From: Verrucomicrobiota bacterium
GTDB lineage: Bacteria; Verrucomicrobiota; Lentisphaeria; Lentisphaerales; Lentisphaeraceae
DNA length: 22,657 nt
Reading direction: 5' to 3'
NCBI GenBank assembly: GCA_039798785.1
Contig: JBDKFG010000076.1
Location: 1-22,657, forward strand
Shown here in pieces: positions 13,462-22,657 of this stretch. The stretch's first letter is position 1; each line of letters opens with the position of its first letter. Made by a program: the position numbers and the translations under genes. Below the pieces are notes generated by a model. That model saw nothing but the letters and a program-made list of their open reading frames with translations. It searched no databases and was not told where the DNA came from.

Positions 13462-16400
13462 ATGACCCCTGAGGCCTCCCGAATGTCGAGCTATGAGAAA
13501 AATCTCCGACTGGTCACCGTCCTCGCCTCCAACCTGTCCGGTCGCGATGCCAAGGAGGCGGAGATCCATCTGGCGGAATCCGGAATCCATCATGCGGCCT
13601 ACCAAGTGCGCCTGCTCACCGAGACCCCAGGCCGATTCTCCCCAGTCGACCTTCTCCACTCGCGCGGCACCCTGACCCTCCACTGCCCCTGCTCGCCAAC
13701 CAAGCTTTGCGCCCACATCGTCGCCGTCGCCAATCACCTGATCCGTCTCGGTGAGAGGCCGCCCGAAGCCGTCCAGGAGCAGGCCTTCATCCAGTACCTA
13801 GCCAAAGAGGATTGGCATTTCAAGCGGATGGACCGAGGGGCTTTCCCCGACTACAAAACCCGCTTCCACACCAAGGCCGCCGCCTTCGATGCGGCGCACC
13901 CCGAAATTCTTGCGGAAGTCGCAAGCCCGGCCCCGGGCCAGCCCCTCGACTTCCTCCGCCGCCACTTCTTCCCGGTCGACGACAAACCCGCCATCAACCG
14001 CTTCCGCAAGGCGGAGAATCTGCGTTGCGAAACCGGCAAATCCCTCCTCATCGGCATCTGCCAGAAGTCCGGCTACTCCGGCGCCAGCGGCGAGACCCGA
14101 GCCTATCTCGGCCTGTCGCCGCGCGGCCTCTTCACCGTCTGCCAATGCCAGGCAAACGAGTGCTCCCACATCAAGGCGCTGAAGGCCGCCGTGATCCTGG
14201 GAGAAGTGCCCCTGCCGCCGGAGCTCGAAGAGGCGGCGAAGAAGATGAAAGGCCCCTACGACCTGATCGACGGCGACCGGCTGCTGCTGCTCCGCGCCCA
14301 GAACGGCGTCGCCTACGCGAAGGCGGAGGATCTGCTGCCGCAAACCCCGCCGCCGCCGGAGCGCCTGCCCCTGCTGCAACGCTACGGCAAATTGATGGCC
14401 GCACCCTCCGACAAGCTCGAGACCTGGACCATCGTCGGCTACCGGAATCACGAAAAACCCGAGCTCGACTGCTGCCGCATCCGTCTTCACGGAGCCCAGA
14501 TCGCCGAATTGTCGGTCTCAGGGGAATGGCTCGGCGCCACTTGTGATTGCCCGCCCTTCCAGAGCCAGAAGGAGTTCTGCGTCCACCTCGCCACCCTGAT
14601 GCGATGGCTCGACGAACGCGCCGCCGCCGGCCAGCTCTGCCTCACCGGCGAGGACAAGACCCGTCGCCTCCGCCACGGTCTGGAAGGGTGGAAGTGGGAC
14701 GGCGCCCTGGAGCCTCAGGAATGGATGCGGGAAGGGCACACGCCCGCCTCGTGGAACCAGGTACTGAAGGGGCGGGGCCAGGTGACCAACCTGCTGCACA
14801 GCCTGATCAAACCGGTTTTCCACGGGCTCGACACCTGCCTCGACAAGGAGATCCAGGTCAAGCCGGTCTACGTCCTTCACCTTGATGCCAAGGCGATGCG
14901 GGTCATTGATCTCAAAGGCGGCAAGGCTCAAAACGGCTACCTCCGAGTCGAGGAGGTGCTGGCGGTGGAGCCCGAGCTGGCGACGATCTGCGCCCCGATC
15001 ATCAGCCGCGGCGAGACTTATTACGCCCAGCCGGCGGGATTCACCAGCCCGCTGAAACCCGAACTCGGCGATCTGATCGACAAGCTGGTGGAGCGGCGGC
15101 TCTGCACCCTCGAAGACTCGTCGGGAATGGCGAAGTTCCTCGAGCCCGGACCCGCCGCCAGCTACCGCCTCAGCGCCAGGGTCACTCCCTTCGGCCAGGC
15201 GGCGAACTGGCGTTTCGAAATGACCGAGGAGATCGACGGCAAGCCCGGCTCCTTGCCCGCTTTGGTCTTCGAGCAGGGCTTCATCAGCGGCCCGCTCTGG
15301 CGTCCCTGCGACATCGGCCGCGGCCGCCTCCAGAGCCGCCGCCTCCTGAAAGAGCTGACCCAGCAGAAACTGGTGCTCGACGAGCTCAGCCTGCGCCGCT
15401 GCCTGAACCAGCTCAGCCTCAGCGGCATCGACCAGCTGGAAATCCCCGAATCCCTCGGCTTCACCCCGCCGCCGCCGCCCGAGGCCTGCATCCTCGACCT
15501 GCTGGCGTACAAGAAGAACTCCCTCGCCGTGGCGCCGACCTTCCGCTACGGCAGCCTTGAGCTCCCCTTCCGCAGCCAGGAATTCCGCCTCCCCGGCGAT
15601 CGGACGCGCCATCTCGAAGCGGAAAAAACCATGCTCGGTCGCCTCAAGATTCTCGCCGGCATCGACCTGAAGAAAAACGAACTGGTGCTGCCCTTGGAGA
15701 AAATGCCCGAGCTCCTGCAGCAGGCCCTCGCCCTCGGCTGGCAGGTCCGGATCGAAGGCCGGATCACTCGCCCCGGCAAGATGAAGTCGTTGAACGTCAA
15801 CACCGGCATCGACTGGCTCGAATGCCAGGGCCGGCTCGACTTCGACGGCATGGAAATCGACCTGAACGAATTGATCTCCTCGCTCCGCCGCCGCGATCCC
15901 TACATCCTCCTCGCCGACGGCTCCCGCGGCTGGCTCGACCCGCAGGCGATGACCCGCCTGCAGCGCCTCGCCGCCCTCGGAGATGTCGACAAGGAATCCG
16001 GCGAGCTGCGTTTCAAGGACGGCCAGGCCCTGCTCCTCGAGTCGCTCCTGCACGAGCTCGGCCCGGTGAGCTTCGATGCCGCCGCCGAACGGGCCCGCGA
16101 CGCCCTGGCCCATTTCGACAAGCTCGAGCCCGCGAGCCCGCCGGAAGGCTTCATCGGCCAACTCCGCCCCTACCAGAGCCTCGGCCTCGCCTGGCTCCGC
16201 TTCTGCCGCGACACCGGCCTCGGCGCCTGCCTCGCCGACGACATGGGCCTGGGCAAGACGGTGCAGCTCCTCGCCCACCTCGAAACCCTGCGCCAGGAGG
16301 GCGAAGGACCCTTCCTCGTCGTCTGCCCCGCCTCCCTCCTCTTCAACTGGGAAAAAGAGGCCGCCCGCTTCGCACCCCTGATGCGCGTCCTCATCCAACA

Positions 16401-17559
16401 AGGCACCGGGCGGACTAAAAGCCCCGCCGGCCTCAAAGGCGCCGACCTGGTGCTGATGACCTACGCCACCCTGCGCAACGACATCCCCTGGCTGAAAGAA
16501 GTGGACTTCGCCTGCATCGCCCTCGACGAAGCCCAGGCGATCAAAAACCCCGGCAGCGCCAGCGCCCTCGCCGCCCGCCTCCTGCAGGGACGCCAGAAAC
16601 TCACCCTCACCGGCACTCCAGTGGAAAACCGCCTCGACGACCTGTGGAGCCTCTTCGAATTCCTCAACCCCGGCCTCCTCGGCGGCTCCACGGCCTTCGG
16701 CCGCTTCGCCGAAACCGCCGGCAAGGAGGCGGGGATCGCCATTCTCGCCAAGGCCCTCCGCCCCCTCATCCTCCGCCGCACCAAAAGCGAAGTCGCCACC
16801 GACCTGCCGCCCCTCAGCCGCCAGATCCTCTGGTGCGAAATGGAGCCGCCGCAACAGGCCTACTACCACAAGCTCCTCGCCGCCGCCCGCATCGATGTCC
16901 TCGAGGCGAAAAACGACAAGACCCAGTTCATCACCGACGAGGCCGAGCCGGAAGCTTCGGAAAACGCCTTCCTGATGCTCGAACGCCTGCTCCGCCTCCG
17001 CCAGGCCGCCTGCTGCCCCGCCCTCTGCGACAAAAACGCCGGCCCCGACAGTCCCTCCGCCAAGCTCGACGCCCTCATCCCGATGGTCGAAGAGCTGATC
17101 ACCGAAAAACACCAGATCCTGATCTTCTCGCAATTCACCGAGTTCCTCGCCCTCGCCGCCGGACGCCTCAAAAAAGCCGGCATCGCCTACGCCTACCTCG
17201 ACGGCAAGACCCGCGACCGCGGCGCCGCCGTCGACGAATTCCAGGGCGGCGGCAAAGGCGTCTTCCTGATCTCCCTCAAGGCCGGCGGCACCGGCCTCAA
17301 CCTGGTCAACGCCGACTACGTCTTCCTCCTCGACCCCTGGTGGAACCCGGCAGTCGAACAACAGGCGATCGACCGGGCCCACCGGATCGGCCAGTCGCGA
17401 CCAGTCACCGCCTACCGCCTCGTCACCAAAGGCTCGATCGAGGAGAAAATCCTCGAACTTCAAGAGCGCAAACGCTCCCTTGCCGACAGCATTCTCGGCG
17501 GCGAGGGCCTCGACCTGCGCTCGCTGAAACGCGAAGACCTCGAGTTCCTCCTGTCCTGA
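13462..17559 (+). CDS. SNF2-family helicase/ATPase with SWIM zinc fingers
   Basis: LADDMGLGKT, DEAQ, TGTPVEN, LRRTK, FSQF, SLKAGGTGLNL and DPWWNPAVEQQAIDRAHRIGQ motifs; three CxCx(n)CxH motifs; the start may be 13483. Confidence 0.93.
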   Translation: MTPEASRMSSYEKNLRLVTVLASNLSGRDAKEAEIHLAESGIHHAAYQVRLLTETPGRFSPVDLLHSRGTLTLHCPCSPTKLCAHIVAVANHLIRLGERPPEAVQEQAFIQYLAKEDWHFKRMDRGAFPDYKTRFHTKAAAFDAAHPEILAEVASPAPGQPLDFLRRHFFPVDDKPAINRFRKAENLRCETGKSLLIGICQKSGYSGASGETRAYLGLSPRGLFTVCQCQANECSHIKALKAAVILGEVPLPPELEEAAKKMKGPYDLIDGDRLLLLRAQNGVAYAKAEDLLPQTPPPPERLPLLQRYGKLMAAPSDKLETWTIVGYRNHEKPELDCCRIRLHGAQIAELSVSGEWLGATCDCPPFQSQKEFCVHLATLMRWLDERAAAGQLCLTGEDKTRRLRHGLEGWKWDGALEPQEWMREGHTPASWNQVLKGRGQVTNLLHSLIKPVFHGLDTCLDKEIQVKPVYVLHLDAKAMRVIDLKGGKAQNGYLRVEEVLAVEPELATICAPIISRGETYYAQPAGFTSPLKPELGDLIDKLVERRLCTLEDSSGMAKFLEPGPAASYRLSARVTPFGQAANWRFEMTEEIDGKPGSLPALVFEQGFISGPLWRPCDIGRGRLQSRRLLKELTQQKLVLDELSLRRCLNQLSLSGIDQLEIPESLGFTPPPPPEACILDLLAYKKNSLAVAPTFRYGSLELPFRSQEFRLPGDRTRHLEAEKTMLGRLKILAGIDLKKNELVLPLEKMPELLQQALALGWQVRIEGRITRPGKMKSLNVNTGIDWLECQGRLDFDGMEIDLNELISSLRRRDPYILLADGSRGWLDPQAMTRLQRLAALGDVDKESGELRFKDGQALLLESLLHELGPVSFDAAAERARDALAHFDKLEPASPPEGFIGQLRPYQSLGLAWLRFCRDTGLGACLADDMGLGKTVQLLAHLETLRQEGEGPFLVVCPASLLFNWEKEAARFAPLMRVLIQQGTGRTKSPAGLKGADLVLMTYATLRNDIPWLKEVDFACIALDEAQAIKNPGSASALAARLLQGRQKLTLTGTPVENRLDDLWSLFEFLNPGLLGGSTAFGRFAETAGKEAGIAILAKALRPLILRRTKSEVATDLPPLSRQILWCEMEPPQQAYYHKLLAAARIDVLEAKNDKTQFITDEAEPEASENAFLMLERLLRLRQAACCPALCDKNAGPDSPSAKLDALIPMVEELITEKHQILIFSQFTEFLALAAGRLKKAGIAYAYLDGKTRDRGAAVDEFQGGGKGVFLISLKAGGTGLNLVNADYVFLLDPWWNPAVEQQAIDRAHRIGQSRPVTAYRLVTKGSIEEKILELQERKRSLADSILGGEGLDLRSLKREDLEFLLS

Positions 17560-17585
17560 TCCCCCTTCACCTCACGGAACCCCGC

Positions 17586-17789
17586 ATGGACACCTCTCTT
17601 CTCTTCTCCGGCTTCCTCTTCGGCTGTTCCGGCATGGGCTACTTCTTCTACGGCAAGGCCCAGCGCGCCGCCGTCCCGCTCGCCTGCGGCATCGCCCTGA
17701 TGGCCTACCCCTACTTCATCGACAGCCTCTGGCAGATGTACCTGATCGGAGTCGTCTTGATGATCGTGCCGCTCTTCGTCAAGATCTGA
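17586..17789 (+). CDS. Small membrane protein (67 aa)
   Basis: MDTSLLFSGFLFGCSGMGYFFYGKAQ...LMAYPYF; hydrophobic with host-like codon usage; it is the tail of the listed ORF 16644-17789. Confidence 0.8.
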   Translation: MDTSLLFSGFLFGCSGMGYFFYGKAQRAAVPLACGIALMAYPYFIDSLWQMYLIGVVLMIVPLFVKI

Positions 17790-17804
17790 CTTGAGCTGCA
17801 GATC

Positions 17805-17833
17805 CTCCCTAACTCCCTAACTCCCTAACTCCC
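17805..17833. repeat. Short tandem repeat (CTCCCTAA)x3.6
   Basis: Between convergent stop codons; one substitution away from the 9053 repeat unit. Confidence 0.85.
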
Positions 17834-17840
17834 CGCCGCT

Positions 17841-18620
17841 TCACTTCATCGGCTTGCGGTTGAGGAAGTGGTGGACGAAGGGGACTTCGCAATGCTTCCG
17901 CAATTCCTTCGGGTCGCCGCGGGCGACGACGCCGCGGGCCTGGCGGTCGAGGATGATGCATTCGTCGACCGCGGCGAAGATCGATTCGAGCTCGTGGGTG
18001 ACGATGACGATGGCGGTGCCCTGTTCCTCGCAGAGGCGGCGGAGCAGCAGGTCGAGCTCGGAGGAGGAGATCGGGTCGAGGCCGGCGGAAGGTTCGTCGC
18101 AGAAGAGCAGCGGCGGGTCGAGGGCGAGGGCCCGGGCGAGGCCGGCGCGTTTCTTCATCCCGCCGGAGATCGAGGCGGGCAGGTAGTCCTCGAAGCCGCT
18201 GAGGCCGGTGAGGGAGAGTTTGTGACGGGCCTTGTCGATGCAGCTGGCACGGTCGAGGCCGCTGAATTCCTCGAGAGGCAGAAGGACGTTTTCGAGCAAG
18301 GTGAGGGAGCCGAAGAGGGCTCCAGATTGGTAGAGGATGCCGAAGCCCTGCATTAGCTTGCGGCGTTCGTCCTGGCCGCAAGTGACGATGCTGCGGCCGG
18401 AATGCAGGATGTCGCCGCGGCTCGGCTGCTTCAGGCCCGCGAGGCAGCGCAGTAGCGACGACTTGCCGCAGCCGGAACCGCCGAGGATGCCGAAGGTGCG
18501 GCCGCGGCGGACCTCCAGGCTGACCCCCTCCATCAAGGGCGGGCCGCCGTGGGAAATGCTCACATCGCGCACCACCAGCGGCAGGGCGCCGGCCTCATTC
18601 ATGCCTGTCATGGAATCCAT
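17841..18620 (-). CDS. ABC transporter ATP-binding protein (MlaF/Mkl-like)
   Basis: GGSGCGKS, YQSGALFGSLT, ISGGMKKRAGLARA, DEPSAGLDP and VTHE motifs; start uncertain among 18620, 18611 and 18602. Confidence 0.9.
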   Translation of the reverse strand: MDSMTGMNEAGALPLVVRDVSISHGGPPLMEGVSLEVRRGRTFGILGGSGCGKSSLLRCLAGLKQPSRGDILHSGRSIVTCGQDERRKLMQGFGILYQSGALFGSLTLLENVLLPLEEFSGLDRASCIDKARHKLSLTGLSGFEDYLPASISGGMKKRAGLARALALDPPLLFCDEPSAGLDPISSSELDLLLRRLCEEQGTAIVIVTHELESIFAAVDECIILDRQARGVVARGDPKELRKHCEVPFVHHFLNRKPMK

Positions 18621-18747
18621 CCCTTCGCCTTTCGCTGAGCCGTCGATTCTGCGTCGCCATCGGTTTTCCGGGCGAGCTCGGATATACTAGACGGGGATGA
18701 AGAATCCGCCTGCTGCGGCGGCGGGGCGGGGCGGCTCTTTTGCTTGC

Positions 18748-19527
18748 CTACTGCGGCATCCAACTGGCGGGGCGGCGCTGCCCGGCGGCGGCGATGCCTT
18801 CGCGGGCTTCGTGCGAGGCGCGGAGGCGGGCGAGGAGGGCCGGGGCGTCGCCAGGAGCGGCGTGGCCGCTGGCGAGGGAGCGCAGCAGCTGCTTGAAGGC
18901 GCGGGTGGCGGCGGGAGCGCCGGAGAGGATCTCGGTGCGGACCTGGGCGAGCGCGGCGTCGAGGCTGGCCTCGGCGGCGATCTTGTGGACCAGGCCGAGC
19001 TCGAGGGCGCGCTGGGCGCTGAAGCCTTCGCCGGTGAGCATCGCGGGGCGGATCGCCGGGCCGCAGCGGCGCAGCAGGTGCGGCGAAATGGTCGCCGGCG
19101 CGAGGCCAATGCGGAGCTCGGGGAAGCCGAAGCGGGCGTCCTCGGCGGCGACGACGATGTCGCAGCAGGCGAGGATGCCGAGGCCGCCGCCGTAGGCGCC
19201 TCCTTGGACCTTCGCGATCAAGGGGACCGGCAGGGCTTCGAGCTCGGCCATGAGGCGGGCCAGGGCCCGGGCGTCGCGCAGGTTTTCCGCTTCCGGCGCT
19301 TCCCCCATGGCGCGCATCCATTCGCGGTCGGCGCCGGCGCAGAAGTGGCTGCCTTGGCCGGAGAGGATGACGAGGCGGAGGTCCTCGCGCAGGGCCAGTT
19401 CCTCGATGATGAAGGCTAGCTCGGCGACCATCTGGCCATCGAGGGCGTTGCGTTTGTCCGGACGGTTGAACACCAGCTGGCAGACGCCATCCGGGCTGTA
19501 GCTGATCTCGATGTTCTTGGGATTCAT
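18748..19527 (-). CDS. liuC: Enoyl-CoA hydratase family, probable methylglutaconyl-CoA hydratase
   Basis: NRPDKRNAL, FCAGAD.EWM, GGGLG and PELRIGL motifs; AGGAGA RBS; downstream of the MCC beta subunit gene. Confidence 0.82.
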   Translation of the reverse strand: MNPKNIEISYSPDGVCQLVFNRPDKRNALDGQMVAELAFIIEELALREDLRLVILSGQGSHFCAGADREWMRAMGEAPEAENLRDARALARLMAELEALPVPLIAKVQGGAYGGGLGILACCDIVVAAEDARFGFPELRIGLAPATISPHLLRRCGPAIRPAMLTGEGFSAQRALELGLVHKIAAEASLDAALAQVRTEILSGAPAATRAFKQLLRSLASGHAAPGDAPALLARLRASHEAREGIAAAGQRRPASWMPQ

Positions 19528-19621
19528 GCGGATCTCCTGTGGCGGGGGGGTGAAGTGTGACCTAGCAGCATCGGGCGACGGGCGGCGGAGGCCGGTCTCC
19601 AGGCCTCTGGCGTCCCGCGGC

Positions 19622-21244
19622 TTACATCCGGAAGACGCCGAAGCGGGTGTCCGCCGGCGGACGCTGGAGGGAGCAGGCTCGGAGAGCCAAAGACAGGACC
19701 CTGCGGGTGTCCTGCGGCAGGATGACGCCGTCGTCCCAGAGCCGCGCCGAGGCCTCAAGGGCGTCGGATTCACGGGCGTAGCTTTCCAGGATAGGCTCCT
19801 TGAAGGCGGCCGCGGCGGCCGGGTCGAGGCTTTCGCGTCCCTGGCTTCTGAGCTGGTCCTGGCGGACTTGCAGGAGGGTTTCGGCGGCCTGGCGCCCGCC
19901 CATCACCGAGATTTTGGCGGAGGGCCAGGCGAAAAGGAAGTCGGGGTCGTAGGCGCGGCCGCACATGGCGTAGTTGCCGGCGCCGTGCGAGCCGCCGACG
20001 AGGAGGGTGATCTTCGGCACGGCGGCGCAGGCGACGGCGGTGACCATCCGGGCTCCGTGGCGGGCGATGCCCTCGGCCTCGGCACGGCGGCCGACCATGA
20101 AGCCCGAGATGTTCTGCAGGAAAAGCAGCGGAATGCGGCGCTGGCAGCAGAGCTCGATGAAGTGGGCAGCCTTGGCGGCGCATTCGGAGTAGAGGACGCC
20201 GTTGTTGGCAATGATCCCCACCGGCCAGCCTTCGATGCCGCCGAAGCCGCAGACCAGGGTCGGACCGAAAAGGCGCTTGAACTCGTCGAGCTCGCTGCCG
20301 TCGAGAAGGCGGGCAAGGATCTCGCGGGGGTCGAGGGGGCTGCGATAGATGTCGTCGGGAATCAGCGCGGGAAGCTCGGCGGCAGCAAAGGCCGGAAGAT
20401 CCCAAGTGGCCTTGCGCCGTGGCTCGGGACCATGGCGCGGCGGACAGTGAGACAGGATGCGGCGGGTGATTGCCAAAGCCTCCACCTCGCTCTCGGCAAG
20501 GTGATCGGCGACGCCGGAGCGGCGGCAATGGAGATCGGCGCCGCCCAGCTCCTCCGCCTCGACCTCTTCGCCCGTGGCGGCCTTGACCAGGGGCGGACCG
20601 GCCAGGAAGATGGTGCCGTTGCCACGCACGATCACCGATTCATCGGCCATTGCCGGCACGTAGGCGCCACCGGCGGTGCAGGAGCCGAGGACGCAGGCGA
20701 TCTGAGGGAAGCCGAGAGCCGAGAGGCGGGCTTGGTTGCAGAAGATACGGCCAAAGTGATCTCGATCGGGAAAGACCTCTGCCTGCAAAGGCAGATAGGC
20801 ACCGCCCGAATCGACCAGGTAGACGCAGGCGAGACCGCAAGCCATCGCGATCTCTTGCGCCCGCAGATGCTTCTTGACGGTGAGAGGAAAATAAGTACCT
20901 CCCTTGACTGTCGGATCGTTGGCAACGAAAACCACCGGCTGGCCATGGACCTCGCCGATCCCGGTGACGATGCCCGCTGCGGGGGTTTCCATCCCGGGGA
21001 TCTGCTCCCAGCCGGCGAGGGCGGAGAGCTCGAGGAAGTCGCTGCCGGGGTCGAGAATCCGGCGGATGCGTTCGCGCACCGGCAGCTTGCCGCGCTTGAG
21101 AAGTTTCGCCTGGGCCTCCGGGCCGCCCCCCTGGCGGATACGCTCAAGACGCTTGCGCAGCCGTTCCGCCTGCTGCTGCTGCGCCTGGCGATTGCGCATC
21201 ACCGCGTCGCTGCCGTTGTCGAGAGGGGCGCCGATCCTGCTCAT
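19622..21244 (-). CDS. liuB: 3-methylcrotonyl-CoA carboxylase beta (carboxyltransferase) subunit
   Basis: ANDPTVKGGTY, KKHLRAQEIA, DSGGAYLP, GSCTAGGAYVPAM, GAGNYAMCGRAY, ARLWDDG and C-terminal FGVFRM; AAGGAGA RBS. Confidence 0.93.
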   Translation of the reverse strand: MSRIGAPLDNGSDAVMRNRQAQQQQAERLRKRLERIRQGGGPEAQAKLLKRGKLPVRERIRRILDPGSDFLELSALAGWEQIPGMETPAAGIVTGIGEVHGQPVVFVANDPTVKGGTYFPLTVKKHLRAQEIAMACGLACVYLVDSGGAYLPLQAEVFPDRDHFGRIFCNQARLSALGFPQIACVLGSCTAGGAYVPAMADESVIVRGNGTIFLAGPPLVKAATGEEVEAEELGGADLHCRRSGVADHLAESEVEALAITRRILSHCPPRHGPEPRRKATWDLPAFAAAELPALIPDDIYRSPLDPREILARLLDGSELDEFKRLFGPTLVCGFGGIEGWPVGIIANNGVLYSECAAKAAHFIELCCQRRIPLLFLQNISGFMVGRRAEAEGIARHGARMVTAVACAAVPKITLLVGGSHGAGNYAMCGRAYDPDFLFAWPSAKISVMGGRQAAETLLQVRQDQLRSQGRESLDPAAAAAFKEPILESYARESDALEASARLWDDGVILPQDTRRVLSLALRACSLQRPPADTRFGVFRM

Positions 21245-21397
21245 GAGCGTCTCCTTGCTGTTCCCAGCTCCATTATACATCCGGAGAGGGACCGTAAGCA
21301 AGCTCTCCTCCGATGCCTCCGATGCCGCAAATCTCCGCCAAGCACTTGCCTCCAGCTCAGCTCTTTTGTACAATTGAGCAAGCCCGGGAGAACTGTC

Positions 21398-22099
21398 ATG
21401 ATCAGCAAGATCGAAATCCGTTTCGACGACGATCCGCAGAACAAGCCCCTGATCTGGGACTTCGACTTCACTCTCACCCGCAGCGTCCACCTTGACGCCA
21501 GCAAACGCAAAGAAGAGGAATGGACGGCACTCGGCAACGAGCAATGTCCCTCCTGCTCCCTCGACCCCGCCGTCGACCCTCAATGCCCAGTCGCGGTGAT
21601 CCTCGCCAGCTACGCCAAGGAGCTCTTCAACCGCCATTCGACCGATCTGGTGACCGTGCGCGCCTGGAGCGCCTCCGGCCGCCTCCTGGTCCTCCCAGGC
21701 ATCCAGCTCCAGGAAGTCACCGGAGAACTGGTCCGCCTCGCCGTGTTCCAGTCCGGCTGCCCCATCGGACGCAAAATGCGGCGGGCGGTGGAATTCCTCC
21801 CCTCCTTCCCCGACGACAAGGAAATTGCAAAGGCCTTCGCCCTGCATCTCGCCCTCGAAGACCGCAAACAAAAGCGGTCCCTCTTTGACTTCGGCAGGAA
21901 CACCGTCGTCAAAGATCTCGACGAACTCACCCGCCTCTTCGAATGCCTCAGCCGCCGCATCCGCCCCATCACCCTCGGGGATGCCCAGGTCAACGGCGTC
22001 CTGATCTACCACTCCCTTGCCATGATGATGGCGATATCCCTGCCAGAGCAGATCGAGTCGGCACTCAAGGAAATCTCCGAGGGTGGCTCGAAGGGCTGA
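21398..22099 (+). CDS. Cys-motif hypothetical protein (resembles DUF6901, from recollection)
   Basis: WTAL..EQCPSC...CPVA, SGCP and DAQVNG motifs; GGGAGA RBS; host-like codon usage. Confidence 0.75.
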   Translation: MISKIEIRFDDDPQNKPLIWDFDFTLTRSVHLDASKRKEEEWTALGNEQCPSCSLDPAVDPQCPVAVILASYAKELFNRHSTDLVTVRAWSASGRLLVLPGIQLQEVTGELVRLAVFQSGCPIGRKMRRAVEFLPSFPDDKEIAKAFALHLALEDRKQKRSLFDFGRNTVVKDLDELTRLFECLSRRIRPITLGDAQVNGVLIYHSLAMMMAISLPEQIESALKEISEGGSKG

Positions 22100-22217
22100 G
22101 CTCTCCCCGGCTTTTGGCCTAGCCCAAAAAATGCTCCGAAAAAACGGTATGATTCCGGGAACCAGCAGTCGCCTGCCCCGTCTGTAGGAACTGTAAGGAA
22201 CCCCCGGAGAAACCGCC

Positions 22218-22657
22218 ATGCAACTCAGCCGCCGCCGCACCCTGCAAGGCCTTTTCGGCCTCAGCCTCGCCCTCCCCTTCCTCGAAACCTACGGCGCGGA
22301 AGAAGTGAAAAATCCGGCCCGACGATTCTGCGCCATGTACACCGCCGACGGCATGAGCCTGCCGGCGGAACGAGGCCACAAGACCGAATGGAACTGGTAC
22401 CCAGACAAGACTGGCAACGACTACTCCTTCAGCAAATCGACCGAAGCCTACGCCCCCCTGCGCTCGAAGATGACTTTCTTCGGCGGCCTGCACCACAGCA
22501 ACGGCCCGCTCGCGGACCCCCATGTCTGCTCCGACATGTGGCTCACCGGCGCACCGCTGCACAACCCCAAGCCCGGGACCTACAACACCGTCTCGATCGA
22601 CCAGGTCATCGCTCAACAGACCAAGAAGTTCTGCCGACAACCCTCCCTCGTCCTTTC
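22218..22657 (+). CDS. DUF1552-family protein with a Tat-like signal (3'-truncated by the window)
   Basis: Own translation: MQLSRRRTLQGLFGLSLALPFLE...GLHH...H...WLTG...VSIDQVIAQ..PSLVL; GGAGA RBS; absent from the ORF track because it runs off the end. Confidence 0.85.
   Translation, partial: MQLSRRRTLQGLFGLSLALPFLETYGAEEVKNPARRFCAMYTADGMSLPAERGHKTEWNWYPDKTGNDYSFSKSTEAYAPLRSKMTFFGGLHHSNGPLADPHVCSDMWLTGAPLHNPKPGTYNTVSIDQVIAQQTKKFCRQPSLVL

Noticed and set aside
807..22099. Long antisense or alternate-frame ORFs (e.g. 807-2177+, 2353-3507-, 6633-8282+, 9659-10891-, 11931-13079+, 14518-17463-, the 5' part of 19511-22099+)
   Set aside because: Shadows of GC-rich genes with strong codon bias; they have no recognisable motifs and fully overlap well-supported genes.
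2146..22240. N-terminal extensions in the ORF track for hisD, metG, parE, paralogue 1, the Rpn-like gene, liuC and liuB
   Set aside because: Family homology, RBS position or codon usage point to downstream starts, and several extensions overlap neighbouring genes or promoters.
22119..22640. 173-aa minus-strand ORF
   Set aside because: Antisense to the DUF1552 gene, which has an RBS, a Tat-like signal and family motifs.

Overview
GC-rich bacterial chromosomal window. A PVC-superphylum-like origin is inferred only from the DUF1552 gene, the ParE and MetRS subtypes and the repeat types. Housekeeping genes are amtB-glnK, hisD, metG, a lone parE, folK, an MlaF-like ABC ATPase and liuB-liuC. Also present are a SNF2 helicase with three SWIM zinc fingers, an Rpn-like PD-(D/E)XK protein with a 7x21-nt repeat, several small hypothetical genes and the 5' end of a DUF1552 gene. 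The most unusual part is an AT-richer islet of about 3 kb between hisD and metG (3722-6631). It holds five co-oriented genes, all with N-terminal hydrophobic or signal segments: a ClpP-family protease with an intact triad and a signal/anchor peptide, a BamE/SmpA-motif protein, and three paralogues of which two share a near-identical 5' half and a diverged 3' half. The clpP-like gene sits between metG and a degenerate copy of the last 63 bp of metG, an att-like scar. REP-like palindromes and a duplicated promoter module punctuate the paralogue array. Other notable points: AmtB has Glu-His instead of twin-His, P-II lacks Tyr51, and a MITE-like element with inverted ends and a 5-bp flanking duplication lies between metG and parE. 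All calls were made by eye from motifs; no searches were run.
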